Shown: positions 40,125 to 49,605 of the stretch, piece by piece | Numbering within the stretch: position 1 is the stretch's first letter | Layout: every line of letters starts with the position of its first letter | Source: an uncultured Gemmatimonadaceae bacterium | GTDB lineage: Bacteria; Gemmatimonadota; Gemmatimonadetes; Gemmatimonadales; Gemmatimonadaceae | Reading direction: 5' to 3' | Assembly: GCA_963761305.1 (NCBI GenBank) | Contig: CAVXGK010000002.1 | Span: forward strand, 544,001-608,000 | Length of the DNA: 64,000 nt | The notes under the pieces: model-generated | Told to the model about the DNA's origin: nothing | Databases searched by the model: none | Seen by the model: the letters and a program-made list of their open reading frames with translations, nothing else | Translations under genes and position numbers: made by a program

Positions 40125-41012
40125 TCAGAACTGAATCGATAGCGCTCCACCGGCTCGCGGACGGTTGTTCGGAGCACCGACGTCGAACGTCGGAACGAGC
40201 GACACCGAAGCCACCGCGGCCCGGCGCTCCGCGTCGCGCGCCACCACGAGATGACGCTGGTGGAGCGAGAGCGCCGACAACGCGATCCCGGCGGCGCCGA
40301 TCGACGTGCTCATGGCGCCGAGGGAACGGGGCAGGTCCGGGCTGTGGAGCAGGGCAACACCCGCGCCCAGCGACACCGCGCTGGACATGAACCCCAGGGT
40401 CGTGACCACGTGGCTATGACCATCCCGGTTTGTCGTCGCGTTCGCGAGGCCCGTCGCGAACGATGTGGCGCTGCCAACCGAGGCACCCAGCCCGACGGCG
40501 ACGGTACCGTACAATTGCGCCGACGACGTCGAATACCCATAAGCGACCTGGATCCGCGCCGCCTCCGCCAGAGTCAGCCCGTTGTCATCGAGCCAACGGC
40601 GAAAGGCCGTGTCGCCCGCCAACGAGGCCACGCGGACGTTGTTGTCGAGGTGGACGACGCGATCCACGATGTCGCTTCGTCCGGTGAACGCGAGCAGATC
40701 ACCCACGGCACACAACGTTCCGGTCTGGCGATCCCGGAAATACGGTACGAGCTGTCCGGGAAAGTCGTAGTTGTGCGGAAACTCGCCGCGGTTGCGATAG
40801 GCCGCGAGCTCCTCGACTAGCCGCGCGCGGCGCGTTTGCCGCTCGTCGTTCGCGGTTGGCACATAGTCCGTGCGCAGTTCGACCAACACGCTGTCGAGGT
40901 GACGACGGACGTGATCAGCGGCCGGATCCAACGAGGGGCGATCCGATCGCGCGGCCATGGCGAACACCACGGCGGGGAACACCGAAACTCCGATCCAACG
41001 AGACAGGCGCAT
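40125..41012 (-). CDS. Hypothetical exported protein with C-terminal membrane helices
   Basis: GGAGG SD, signal-like N-terminus, FPHN..PYFRD..LCAVG core, three hydrophobic segments. Confidence 0.75.
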   Translation of the reverse strand: MRLSRWIGVSVFPAVVFAMAARSDRPSLDPAADHVRRHLDSVLVELRTDYVPTANDERQTRRARLVEELAAYRNRGEFPHNYDFPGQLVPYFRDRQTGTLCAVGDLLAFTGRSDIVDRVVHLDNNVRVASLAGDTAFRRWLDDNGLTLAEAARIQVAYGYSTSSAQLYGTVAVGLGASVGSATSFATGLANATTNRDGHSHVVTTLGFMSSAVSLGAGVALLHSPDLPRSLGAMSTSIGAAGIALSALSLHQRHLVVARDAERRAAVASVSLVPTFDVGAPNNRPRAGGALSIQF

Positions 41013-41190
41013 ACAAACCTCCGGTTGAGTGTTGTCCAACAACACTCAATGGAACGCCCTGGTGGAAGTTTGGAAAGGACAATGATCACATACCGCTCAG
41101 GCCGTCGCCGCATGTTGAGCGTCAAACACGAGGTACGATCCGCACTGATCGTGAGGCTTTCCTGGCCTCGGCTTCGTCCGTCCCGAGGTA

Positions 41191-41263
41191 CAGTCTCGAT
41201 ACACGTGGCCAGGGGCACTCCGCGTACCTGACTGGCTAGTTTTGGCCGCATGACCGACGTCGT
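41191..41263 (+). repeat. Diverged duplicate of the M20 gene promoter/start region (45389-45459)
   Basis: 41225-41263 matches 45421-45459 at 38/39 nt; CAGTCTCGATAC is shared upstream. Confidence 0.9.
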
Positions 41264-41400
41264 GGGCCGTTGTAACGAGCAGCGCGACGGCCTCGATCAC
41301 GCCGGACCTCAATGGCCTTCTCGAGGCGCCTCTCTTCCTCACGTCTCGCGCCGAATGCCCGACGACGCGGCGCCCGGCCGAGTGTGCAAACAGACTTCCC

Positions 41401-44142
41401 CTATTCTAGCCGCAACGCCTCGAGCGGCCCGACCTTCGCCGCTCGTCGTGCCGGCAAATAGCTCGCGACGACGGCCGTCGCCACGAGCACGACGATCGCG
41501 ATGGTGAGCGACGGCGCGTCGATCGCGCCCACACCGAACAGCTGCGCGTGAATCAGCCGCGTTGCCGCGAGCCCCGCCGGCACGCCTACCACAATTCCGA
41601 TAGCGGCCACCCGCGCCGCCTCACCGAGCACCATCCTCGTGACGTCGCCGGGCTCGGCCCCGAGCGCGGCGCGCAATCCGAACTCACTGGTCCGCTGGCC
41701 GACCGAATACGCCGTGACCCCGTACAGACCGAGTGCCGCGAGCACCAAAGTGACGACGCAGAAGAACATGGTCATCTGCACGAGCAGCACGTCTTGCGAC
41801 ACGGTGCCGCGAACGAGGTCGTTCACCGGGTTGACAAGGATCGGCAGCGTGCGGTCGACGTCTTCGATCGCGCGGCGAATCGGTTCCACATAGCGCGCCG
41901 GATCTCCGCGCACGTGCACCGCGAGTTTGGCCTGCCCCCCGTTGCCCGTGGCTGGATTGTTGAACACGATGTACATCTCGCGCCGCGGGTTGCCGCGTAC
42001 ATTGCTACTCTGAAAATCCCGCACGACCCCGACGATCGTGTAGTACAGGGTGTCGCGCAGCGTCACCGTACCGCCGAGCGGATCGCGAGCACCGAAATAC
42101 TGCTTCGCCATCGTTTCGTTGATCACCACAGCGGGGGGCCCAGTCTCGAGATCGCGCGACACGATGTCGCGGCCGCGAATCAAGCGCGCGCCGATGGCGT
42201 GGAAAAAGTTCGGGCCGACCTGATCGAGTGACACGACGCGCTGGGAATCCGCTTGCGGAACAAAGCCCGATACATCGACGCGACCGCCGGCAAAGCCCCC
42301 GCTGAACAATCCGTGATCGGCGAACGCGGCCGCATCCACGCCCGGTACGCCGCCGATGCGGTCCGCGAGGTCGCGCCGGAATTGAGCGAGGCGGGCGCCG
42401 ACGTATGGCGAACGCGCTGTCGGCACGCGCACGGCGACCACGTGCTCGCGATCCGCTCCGATGTCACCATGCAGGAGCTGTTGCATGCTGCGCACGAGCA
42501 ACCCGCCGCCGATGAGGAGGAGCATCGACAACCCAATCTGCGCCACGACGAGTATGCGTCCGAACGGAATGCGACCGACTCGCGCCGCGCCCATGAGGTT
42601 GCGGCCCTGCGAGCGCAGCGACGTCGCGAGATCGACACGCGTCGCGCGGAAGGCAGGCAACACGCCGAACAGCAGCACGCACGCCAACGTAAGCGCCGCC
42701 GTGAACGCGAGCACCCGCGCATCGAGCATCGTGTCGACGGCGACCGGGCTTGAACCGCCAACGGTCGCGAGTAACGCCCGGGCCCCCCACATTGCCGCGA
42801 TGAGCCCGAGCACGCTCGACACGATCGCCAGCACCGCACCCTCGACAAGCATTTGCTGAATCAGCCGGTTGCGACCGGCACCGAGCGTCATGCGCACCGT
42901 CATCTCGCGGGTGCGAGCGACGGCGCGCGAGAGCATGAGGCTCGAGACGTTCGCGCAGACGACGAGAATAACCAAACCAACCGCCGCCATCATCACCCAC
43001 AACGCCTTCGCATACTCGGCGCGCCGCTCGGAGAACCCTCGGGCACCCGACACGACGTGAATGGGGTTCACTTTGAGGCCATCATCGAACTGCGACAGCG
43101 CCGGGCCGGAGAGGTTGTCGCGAATCGCATTCGCCTCGACGGCGCTCACCTGTTGACGCGCCTGCTCGAGCGTGACGCCCGGCTTCATTCGGCCCATCAT
43201 CACGACCCACGACCACGCGCGGTCGTCCAGCAAATCCATTTTCGGCTGAATCGCGGGGTCCATCATCATCGGGAGCCAGAAGTCGAGCGGCTGGCCGACG
43301 ATGTCGCCGCCGAACCCAGGCGGCGTGACACCGACGATCGTCACCGAAACGTCGTTCACGCGCATGACGGTGCCGATCGCGGCGGGCGAGCCCGAGAAGC
43401 GGCGCTGCCAGTAGTCGTAGGTCAGGACCGCCACGGGGTCTTGCCCCGGCGTCTGGTCTTCGGCCGCCGTGAAAGTGCGGCCGGTAAATGCGGGCACACC
43501 GAGCACGGAAAAGAAATTGCCGGTCACGAATCGCGCGTGTGGCTGTTCGGCGGTTGCGCCGGCCCCCGACCCAATCTGCACGTCGATCGTACCGGACCAT
43601 CCGGTCGCGTACATGTCGGTGAACACCGTGTTGCGGGCGCGCACGTCCTCGTAGAGCAGGAACGAGACGTAGTCGGTGAGCGGAGCGCCGTCGGTGTTCG
43701 TGTTCACCTGAGCGGGATCGCTCACGATCACAAGTTGCTCGGGATGCGACACCGGAAGCGGGCGCAAGAGCAGCGCGTCAACGAGTGTGAAGATCGCCGC
43801 ATTCGCGCCGATGCCGAGGGCGAGCGTGGCGATGACCGTGAGCGTAAACACGGGGCGGCTCTTGAGCGATCGAATCGCATACTGCAGGTCGCGCACGATC
43901 GACTCGAGCCGCGCCGTCCCCCGCGTGTCGCGGCTCGCCTCCTTCATCTGCTCGACGCCACCGAACGCGATGCGCGCGGCCCGTCGCGCCTCGTCGAACG
44001 ACAGGCCGCGCCGGATATTGCGCTCTGTTTCCCGCTCCAAGTGAAACTGCATCTCCTTCGACATGTCGCGTTCGAAGCGGTCGCGACGAAAGATCGCGCG
44101 CAGCCACATTCGCACCGCGGTCAGCGAGGACACGAGGGACAT
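41401..44142 (-). CDS. Duplicated MacB/FtsX-type ABC permease (ADOP-like orphan permease)
   Basis: Permease-prefix domain (A...FGG.EQ.KE), TLALGIGANAAIF, two MacB-PCD/FtsX halves, YLPARRAAKVGPLEALR. Confidence 0.92.
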   Translation of the reverse strand: MSLVSSLTAVRMWLRAIFRRDRFERDMSKEMQFHLERETERNIRRGLSFDEARRAARIAFGGVEQMKEASRDTRGTARLESIVRDLQYAIRSLKSRPVFTLTVIATLALGIGANAAIFTLVDALLLRPLPVSHPEQLVIVSDPAQVNTNTDGAPLTDYVSFLLYEDVRARNTVFTDMYATGWSGTIDVQIGSGAGATAEQPHARFVTGNFFSVLGVPAFTGRTFTAAEDQTPGQDPVAVLTYDYWQRRFSGSPAAIGTVMRVNDVSVTIVGVTPPGFGGDIVGQPLDFWLPMMMDPAIQPKMDLLDDRAWSWVVMMGRMKPGVTLEQARQQVSAVEANAIRDNLSGPALSQFDDGLKVNPIHVVSGARGFSERRAEYAKALWVMMAAVGLVILVVCANVSSLMLSRAVARTREMTVRMTLGAGRNRLIQQMLVEGAVLAIVSSVLGLIAAMWGARALLATVGGSSPVAVDTMLDARVLAFTAALTLACVLLFGVLPAFRATRVDLATSLRSQGRNLMGAARVGRIPFGRILVVAQIGLSMLLLIGGGLLVRSMQQLLHGDIGADREHVVAVRVPTARSPYVGARLAQFRRDLADRIGGVPGVDAAAFADHGLFSGGFAGGRVDVSGFVPQADSQRVVSLDQVGPNFFHAIGARLIRGRDIVSRDLETGPPAVVINETMAKQYFGARDPLGGTVTLRDTLYYTIVGVVRDFQSSNVRGNPRREMYIVFNNPATGNGGQAKLAVHVRGDPARYVEPIRRAIEDVDRTLPILVNPVNDLVRGTVSQDVLLVQMTMFFCVVTLVLAALGLYGVTAYSVGQRTSEFGLRAALGAEPGDVTRMVLGEAARVAAIGIVVGVPAGLAATRLIHAQLFGVGAIDAPSLTIAIVVLVATAVVASYLPARRAAKVGPLEALRLE

Positions 44143-44145
44143 CGG

Positions 44146-44478
44146 TCAGCCCTCGGCAATGAGGACGAAATCCACCGCATCCACGAAGCGGCGCCACTCG
44201 CGCTGCTCCGTACCGAGGGCCCGGCGGCCCGCGGCGGTGAGTTGGTAGTACTTTGCTTCCCGATTGTTTTCGGTCGTCGACCACGCGCTTTTGACGAATC
44301 CCTTGCGCTCGAGCCGGTACAACGCGGGATAGAGCGAGCCTTGGCCAATCCGCAGGACGTCGCGGGACAGTTGCTGGATGCGCTGGCTAATGCCCCATCC
44401 GTGCATGGGCGCAAGCGCCAGCGCTTTCAACACCAGCAGGTCGAGCGTCCCTTGGAGAACATCGGACGAGTCGGCCAC
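44146..44478 (-). CDS. PadR-family transcriptional regulator
   Basis: LQGTLDLLVLKAL...HGWGI...GSLYPALYRLE...KYYQLT. Confidence 0.93.
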   Translation of the reverse strand: MADSSDVLQGTLDLLVLKALALAPMHGWGISQRIQQLSRDVLRIGQGSLYPALYRLERKGFVKSAWSTTENNREAKYYQLTAAGRRALGTEQREWRRFVDAVDFVLIAEG

Positions 44479-44894
44479 AGGTACTCTCTTGTCGAATGGA
44501 CAAGGGAGACGGTAACACACTTCTGTCGAAGCAGCAAGGGAGGAAGAGACACGCGGTCCCGCCGCTCACTCCTACACTGACGTTCGGTGATGTGGATAAT
44601 TCCCGTACGCTCGCGGCATTCCCACGGTCGTCGGCTTCCTGGTCCCACGTATCGCCTTCGACTTCTTCGCGCCCGATCGCATCAGCCCTCACGCAACTCG
44701 CCGATGATCGATTTCACTTCGCGACGGATCGACGACACTTCGTCACTGCTCCAAATCAATCCGTGATCACGCGAAGTCAGATCGCCTGCGCCTGGCGTGC
44801 GCGCCACACGGCGCGATGCCAGTCGGCCACGCCTCGCTTTTTTGTCATCACGACCTGCGGTCAGTCGTCGACGGGTCGCGTAGAGTCGCCGAGC

Positions 44895-45373
44895 GACCGC
44901 GGTCCGACGCCGCACGACCGAACTCCGCTCTCGACGGAACGCATTCCGTCGTCGCCGGACCGCGATCAGGCCGTCGCCTCCTGCGGAGAATTCACATTTC
45001 CACACCCGACGCAGGCGGCGGTCGACGTGGCGTCGACGACGCCCTCCTCGACGTGAGCAACGACCGCTCAAACGCGCGCGACGGAACGCCGATCGACCGC
45101 TCACGACCGAACGACGCGACCTCGTGACCGTGCCGCGAGACCTCCATCCGGGATCGCGCCCGCTCCGCCCGGACCGAAGTCGTCTCCAGACCGAGTTCCG
45201 CCCCTCGAGTGTTGCGGGAACGCAGCAAAGGACCGAGCTCCGTGATCGAACCTCCGAGCTCCGTCGTCGAACGACCGAGCTCCGTCGTCGAACGAACGAA
45301 CTCCGTCGTCAAAGGACCGAAGTCCGTCGTCGAACGAACGAACTCCGTCGTCAAAGGACCGCTCCGTTGTCGA
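44895..45373. repeat. 21-bp periodic array; best-conserved units at 45231-45373, consensus GACCGAGCTCCGTCGTCGAAC
   Basis: About 6.8 near-identical units plus in-phase degenerate units at 44895, 44916, 44937, 44958, 45105, 45126 and 45189. Confidence 0.85.
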
Positions 45374-45445
45374 TCCCTCCCGATGTGTCAGTCTCGATAC
45401 GCGCGCCCGACGCGCTCGATTACCTGACTGGCTAGTTTTTGCCGC

Positions 45446-46441
45446 ATGACCGACGTCGTTTCGCTGGCTGCCGAACTCCTCGCATTGGACTCCTCCACGG
45501 GCGCCGAAAGCAGCGCGGTGGATTTCGTCTCGAAATGGCTCGTGGCGCGCGGTTGGAACGTCACCCTTCAGGAAGTGACAAAGGACCGCGCCAACGTCTG
45601 GGCGTCGCGCAAAGGGCGCGGCGTCACGTTCTCGACGCACCTCGACACCGTTCTTCCATACATCGCGCCGCGCCGCGACGGCGATCAGCTCATGGGCCGC
45701 GGGGCGTGCGACGCCAAGGGCATCGCCGCGGCGATGCTCGCTGCCGCCGATGAGCTCGCGGCCGACGGTGAAGAACGCGTTGACCTGCTCTTTGTCGTCG
45801 GCGAAGAGAAGGGCTCCGACGGCGCGCGCGCGGCGAACCATCTCGCCGCGACGAGCAAGTTCCTCGTCAACGGCGAGCCGACCGAGAGCAAGCTGGCGAG
45901 CGGCGCCAAGGGCTCTCTGCGCGTCACCGTGCGCACGCACGGCCGCGCCGCTCACTCGGCGTACCCGCACCTGGGCGAGTCGGCCATCACACCCATGCTC
46001 ACGCTGCTGCCGACGCTCGACCAGCTCGACCTGCCGCACGACGACGTGCTCGGCGACACGACGTACAACGTCGGCACGCTGCGCGGCGGCACGGCGGCCA
46101 ACATCATTCCGTCCGCGGCGGAAGCCGAGATCATGTTTCGACTGGTCGGTGACGTCGCGCCCATCCGGAAGCAGATCGAAAAGTGGGCGAAAGGGCGTGC
46201 CGAGCTCGAGTTCGGATCGCACATTCCGGCGCAGCATTTCCACACGATCCCCGGCTTCGAAGTTGCACCTGTCGCTTATACGTCGGATATCCCGCTGCTG
46301 TCGCGTTGGGGCACGCCGTTGCTCTTTGGTCCCGGCTCGATCCACGTCGCGCACACGCCCGGAGAGTTCATCAGCGTGCGTGAGCTCAAGGCGGCGGTGG
46401 GTTCATATAAGAAGATCGTGAAGACTCTGCTCGCGTCGTGA
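45446..46441 (+). CDS. M20 metallo-deacylase (ArgE/DapE family)
   Basis: STHLDTV, GRGACDAKG, VGEE, GEPT, AHT; first gene of the DAP operon. Confidence 0.9.
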   Translation: MTDVVSLAAELLALDSSTGAESSAVDFVSKWLVARGWNVTLQEVTKDRANVWASRKGRGVTFSTHLDTVLPYIAPRRDGDQLMGRGACDAKGIAAAMLAAADELAADGEERVDLLFVVGEEKGSDGARAANHLAATSKFLVNGEPTESKLASGAKGSLRVTVRTHGRAAHSAYPHLGESAITPMLTLLPTLDQLDLPHDDVLGDTTYNVGTLRGGTAANIIPSAAEAEIMFRLVGDVAPIRKQIEKWAKGRAELEFGSHIPAQHFHTIPGFEVAPVAYTSDIPLLSRWGTPLLFGPGSIHVAHTPGEFISVRELKAAVGSYKKIVKTLLAS

Positions 46442-46445
46442 GCCC

Positions 46446-47534
46446 ATGACCACGACCTCGCCCTCGACCAGCCCACCGACGCGCCGACGCGTCGCCATTC
46501 TCGGTGCCACAGGCGCCGTCGGCCAGGCGTTCATCCGCTTGCTGGTCGGCCATCCGTGGTTCGAGATCGTTTCGCTCGCCGCGTCCGAGCGGTCGGCGGG
46601 GAAACCGTATCGCGAGGCTGCGCGGTGGGTGGGCGCGGGCGACATGCCGCCGTTCGTCGCCGACATGATCGTGCAGCCGTGCGATCCGGACAAAGTCGAC
46701 GCCGACGTCATCTTTTCGGCGCTTGACTCGGCCGCCGCCGGCGACGCCGAACCGGCGTTCGCCCGCGCGGGACGCACCGTGCTGACGAACGCGAAGAACT
46801 ACCGGATGGACCCCGACGTTCCGCTCGTCATCGCCGAAGTGAATCCCGATCACCTGAGCGTGCTCGAGGCGCAGCGACGCGGCCGCAAATGGCCTGGCGC
46901 GATCGTCGCCAACGGCAACTGTTCGGCGATCGTGACGACGCTCCCGGTCGCGCCGATTCACAAGACGTTCGGCATCGAACGCATGATCGTGACCACGATG
47001 CAGGCCGTCTCCGGCGCGGGCTATCCCGGCGTGCCGTCGCTCGACATCATCGGCAACGTGATTCCGTTCATCGCCGACGAAGAGCCCAAGATCGAGGCCG
47101 AGGTGCGCAAGTTCCTCGGCTCGGCGGAGTCGTCGTCGATCAAGAGCGCGTCGTTCGCGGTGAGCGCGCACGCCAACCGCGTTCCGGTGGAGCATGGCCA
47201 CACGGTGTGCATCTCGGCGGCGCTCAAGAAGCGCGCGTCGGCCGACGACGTCACTCAGGCGATCGCCGAATGGCGCGGCGCGGAGGAAGCGCGGAACCTG
47301 CCGAGCTCGCCGGAGCGACCGATCGTCGTGACCGACCAACCGGATCGTCCGCAGCCGCGACGTCAGGTCGACGCCGGCGGTGGCATGACGGTCGTCGTCG
47401 GGCGTGTGCGGCCCGATCCGGTGTTCGACATAAAGCTGGTGGCGATGGGACATAACGTGATTCGCGGCGCGGCCGGCGCGTCGGTGCTGAACGCCGAGTT
47501 GATGGCGCGCTGCGGACTGCTCGCCGGCTCGTGA
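46446..47534 (+). CDS. asd: Aspartate-semialdehyde dehydrogenase
   Basis: LGATGAVGQ, NGNC, QAVSGAG, RVPVEHGH, HNVIRGAAG. Confidence 0.95.
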   Translation: MTTTSPSTSPPTRRRVAILGATGAVGQAFIRLLVGHPWFEIVSLAASERSAGKPYREAARWVGAGDMPPFVADMIVQPCDPDKVDADVIFSALDSAAAGDAEPAFARAGRTVLTNAKNYRMDPDVPLVIAEVNPDHLSVLEAQRRGRKWPGAIVANGNCSAIVTTLPVAPIHKTFGIERMIVTTMQAVSGAGYPGVPSLDIIGNVIPFIADEEPKIEAEVRKFLGSAESSSIKSASFAVSAHANRVPVEHGHTVCISAALKKRASADDVTQAIAEWRGAEEARNLPSSPERPIVVTDQPDRPQPRRQVDAGGGMTVVVGRVRPDPVFDIKLVAMGHNVIRGAAGASVLNAELMARCGLLAGS

Positions 47535-48895
47535 TCGTCCTCAAGTTCGGCGGAACGTCGGTCGCCGATGCCGCGGCGGTCAGGCGGGCGTCGGGCATCG
47601 TGACCACACGACTCGATCGCGGGCCGATCGTCGTCGTCTCGGCGCTCGGCGGCGTGACCAACGCGCTCCTGGCGCTCGCCGAACAAGCGTCGCGCGGCCA
47701 CCTGCTCGGCGCGCTCGCCGCGCTCGAGGGGCTGCGCGACCGACATCTGAGCGAGGCGGAAGGGTTGCTCGACGGGTCGGCCGCGGTCGACACGTGCGAA
47801 GAGTTGAGCGCGATGGTCGACGAGCTCGCGCATCTCGCCGAGGCGCTGTCGACGCTCGGCGACCTCACGCCGCGCAGCCTCGACGCGATCGCATCGTTCG
47901 GCGAGCGCATGTCGTCCGTGCTGTGCGTGGCGGCGTTCGTGCGAGATGGTCTGCCCGCGGTGCACGTCGACGCGTCTGACGTCATGATCACCGACGATTC
48001 GTACACGCGCGCCGAACCGCAGCGCGACGCGATCTCCGACGCCTGCCGCCGCGTCATTCTGCCGCTCGTGCGCGACGGCAGGGTGCCGGTGCTCGGCGGG
48101 TTCATCGGTTCGGCGGAAGGCACCAGGATCATCACGACGCTCGGCCGCGGCGGCAGCGACTACAGCGCGTCGCTGATCGGCGCGGCCGTGCGCGCCGACG
48201 CCATCGAGATCTGGACCGACGTCGACGGAATGCTGACGGCCGACCCGCGCGTCGTTCCATCGGCGCGCCTGATCGAGCAGATTGCGTTCGCCGAGGCATC
48301 GGAGCTGGCGTCGTTCGGCGCCAAGGTGCTCCACCCGAACACGATCGCGCCCGCGGTACGGCTCGGCATTCCGGTCTACGTGCTCAACTCGATGAACCCG
48401 CAGGGACACGGCACCAGGATCACCTTCGACTCGCCGCAGCGCGCCGTGAGCGCGATCGCGGGCAAGGGAGGCGTGACGCTCGTGCGCGTCGGATCGCCGC
48501 GCATGCTGCTCACGGAAGGGTTCCTGCGGTCGATCTTCGCGACGTTCGAGCGGCACAAGACGTCGGTCGACGTCGTGGCGACGTCGGAGGTGTCGGTGTC
48601 GCTCACAGTCGACGACGCGTCGCGTCTCGATTCGATCGTCTCGGATCTGCGATCGCTCGGCGACGTGTCGATCGAACGGAATCGCGGCATCGTCTCGGTG
48701 GTCGGCGGCGCGATCGCCGAAGGCGGCCGGGCGATGGCGCGCGCTCTCGAGGCGATCGGCGACGTGCGGGTCCACATGCTCTCACTCAGCGCGAGCCGCA
48801 TCAACCTCACGATGGTCGTCGACGACGAGCACGTAAAACCGGCGATGCAACGCCTCCACGCCGCGTTCTTTGACTCGCCAGAGGCCGTGGCATGA
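47531..48895 (+). CDS. lysC: Aspartate kinase
   Basis: LKFGGTSV, TTLGRGGSDYSA, WTDVDG, FGAKVLHP and ACT domains. Confidence 0.95.
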   Translation: MIVLKFGGTSVADAAAVRRASGIVTTRLDRGPIVVVSALGGVTNALLALAEQASRGHLLGALAALEGLRDRHLSEAEGLLDGSAAVDTCEELSAMVDELAHLAEALSTLGDLTPRSLDAIASFGERMSSVLCVAAFVRDGLPAVHVDASDVMITDDSYTRAEPQRDAISDACRRVILPLVRDGRVPVLGGFIGSAEGTRIITTLGRGGSDYSASLIGAAVRADAIEIWTDVDGMLTADPRVVPSARLIEQIAFAEASELASFGAKVLHPNTIAPAVRLGIPVYVLNSMNPQGHGTRITFDSPQRAVSAIAGKGGVTLVRVGSPRMLLTEGFLRSIFATFERHKTSVDVVATSEVSVSLTVDDASRLDSIVSDLRSLGDVSIERNRGIVSVVGGAIAEGGRAMARALEAIGDVRVHMLSLSASRINLTMVVDDEHVKPAMQRLHAAFFDSPEAVA

Positions 48896-49605
48896 GCCGC
48901 AAACTTGTCATCGTGGGCATGGGCAAGATGGGTCGTGCTATCGCCGACTTGGCGCCCGAGCGCGGCTGGACCGTCGTGGCGCGATTGGACGAACACGACA
49001 TGAACGCCGCGCCGACGCGCGAGTCGCTCGCCGGCGCCGACGTCGCCGTGGAATTCACGGTGCCCGCGGCGGCGCCGGCGAACATTCGCGCTCTGGTCGG
49101 GCTCGGCTGCCCCGTGGTCGTCGGGACGACCGGCTGGTACGACGCGTTCGATGCCGTGCGTCGCTTCGTGGCCGAGCGTCAGGGCGCGCTTCTCACCGCT
49201 CCGAACTTTTCGATCGGCGTGAACGCATTCGAGCAGATCGTGACCGAAGCGGCTCGCGTGCTGCGCGCCGCGACCGGGTTCGACGCGCTGGAAATCGAGA
49301 CGCACCACGCCACCAAGAAAGACGCGCCGTCGGGCACGGCCAAGACGCTCGCGGCCGCGGCGGAAAAGGCGTGGGGCGGCGCGATTCCGATCACGAGCGT
49401 GCGCACGGGATCAGTTCCGGGCACGCACGAGTTCATCTTCGATGCTCCGTTCGAGCAGATTCGATTGACACATACGGCGCGCGACCGGCGCGTGTTCGCC
49501 GAGGGCGCGCTCGTTGCCGCCGCGTGGCTCGTCGGCAAGCACGGTGTGTTCACCATGCGCGACGTGTTGGCGGGCGCACCGCCGGCAGCAGAGGGTTCTC
49601 AATGA
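48892..49605 (+). CDS. dapB: 4-hydroxy-tetrahydrodipicolinate reductase
   Basis: GKMG, VGTTG, PNFSIG, ETHH..KKDAPSGTA. Confidence 0.95.
   Translation: MSRKLVIVGMGKMGRAIADLAPERGWTVVARLDEHDMNAAPTRESLAGADVAVEFTVPAAAPANIRALVGLGCPVVVGTTGWYDAFDAVRRFVAERQGALLTAPNFSIGVNAFEQIVTEAARVLRAATGFDALEIETHHATKKDAPSGTAKTLAAAAEKAWGGAIPITSVRTGSVPGTHEFIFDAPFEQIRLTHTARDRRVFAEGALVAAAWLVGKHGVFTMRDVLAGAPPAAEGSQ

Noticed and set aside
45231..45373. Possible CRISPR array
   Set aside because: Units are contiguous 21-mers without unique spacers, and there are no cas genes
45380..45445. Lysine riboswitch upstream of the DAP operon
   Set aside because: No AGAGGNGC signature, and the -10 box sits 7 nt from the ATG, leaving no room for a leader
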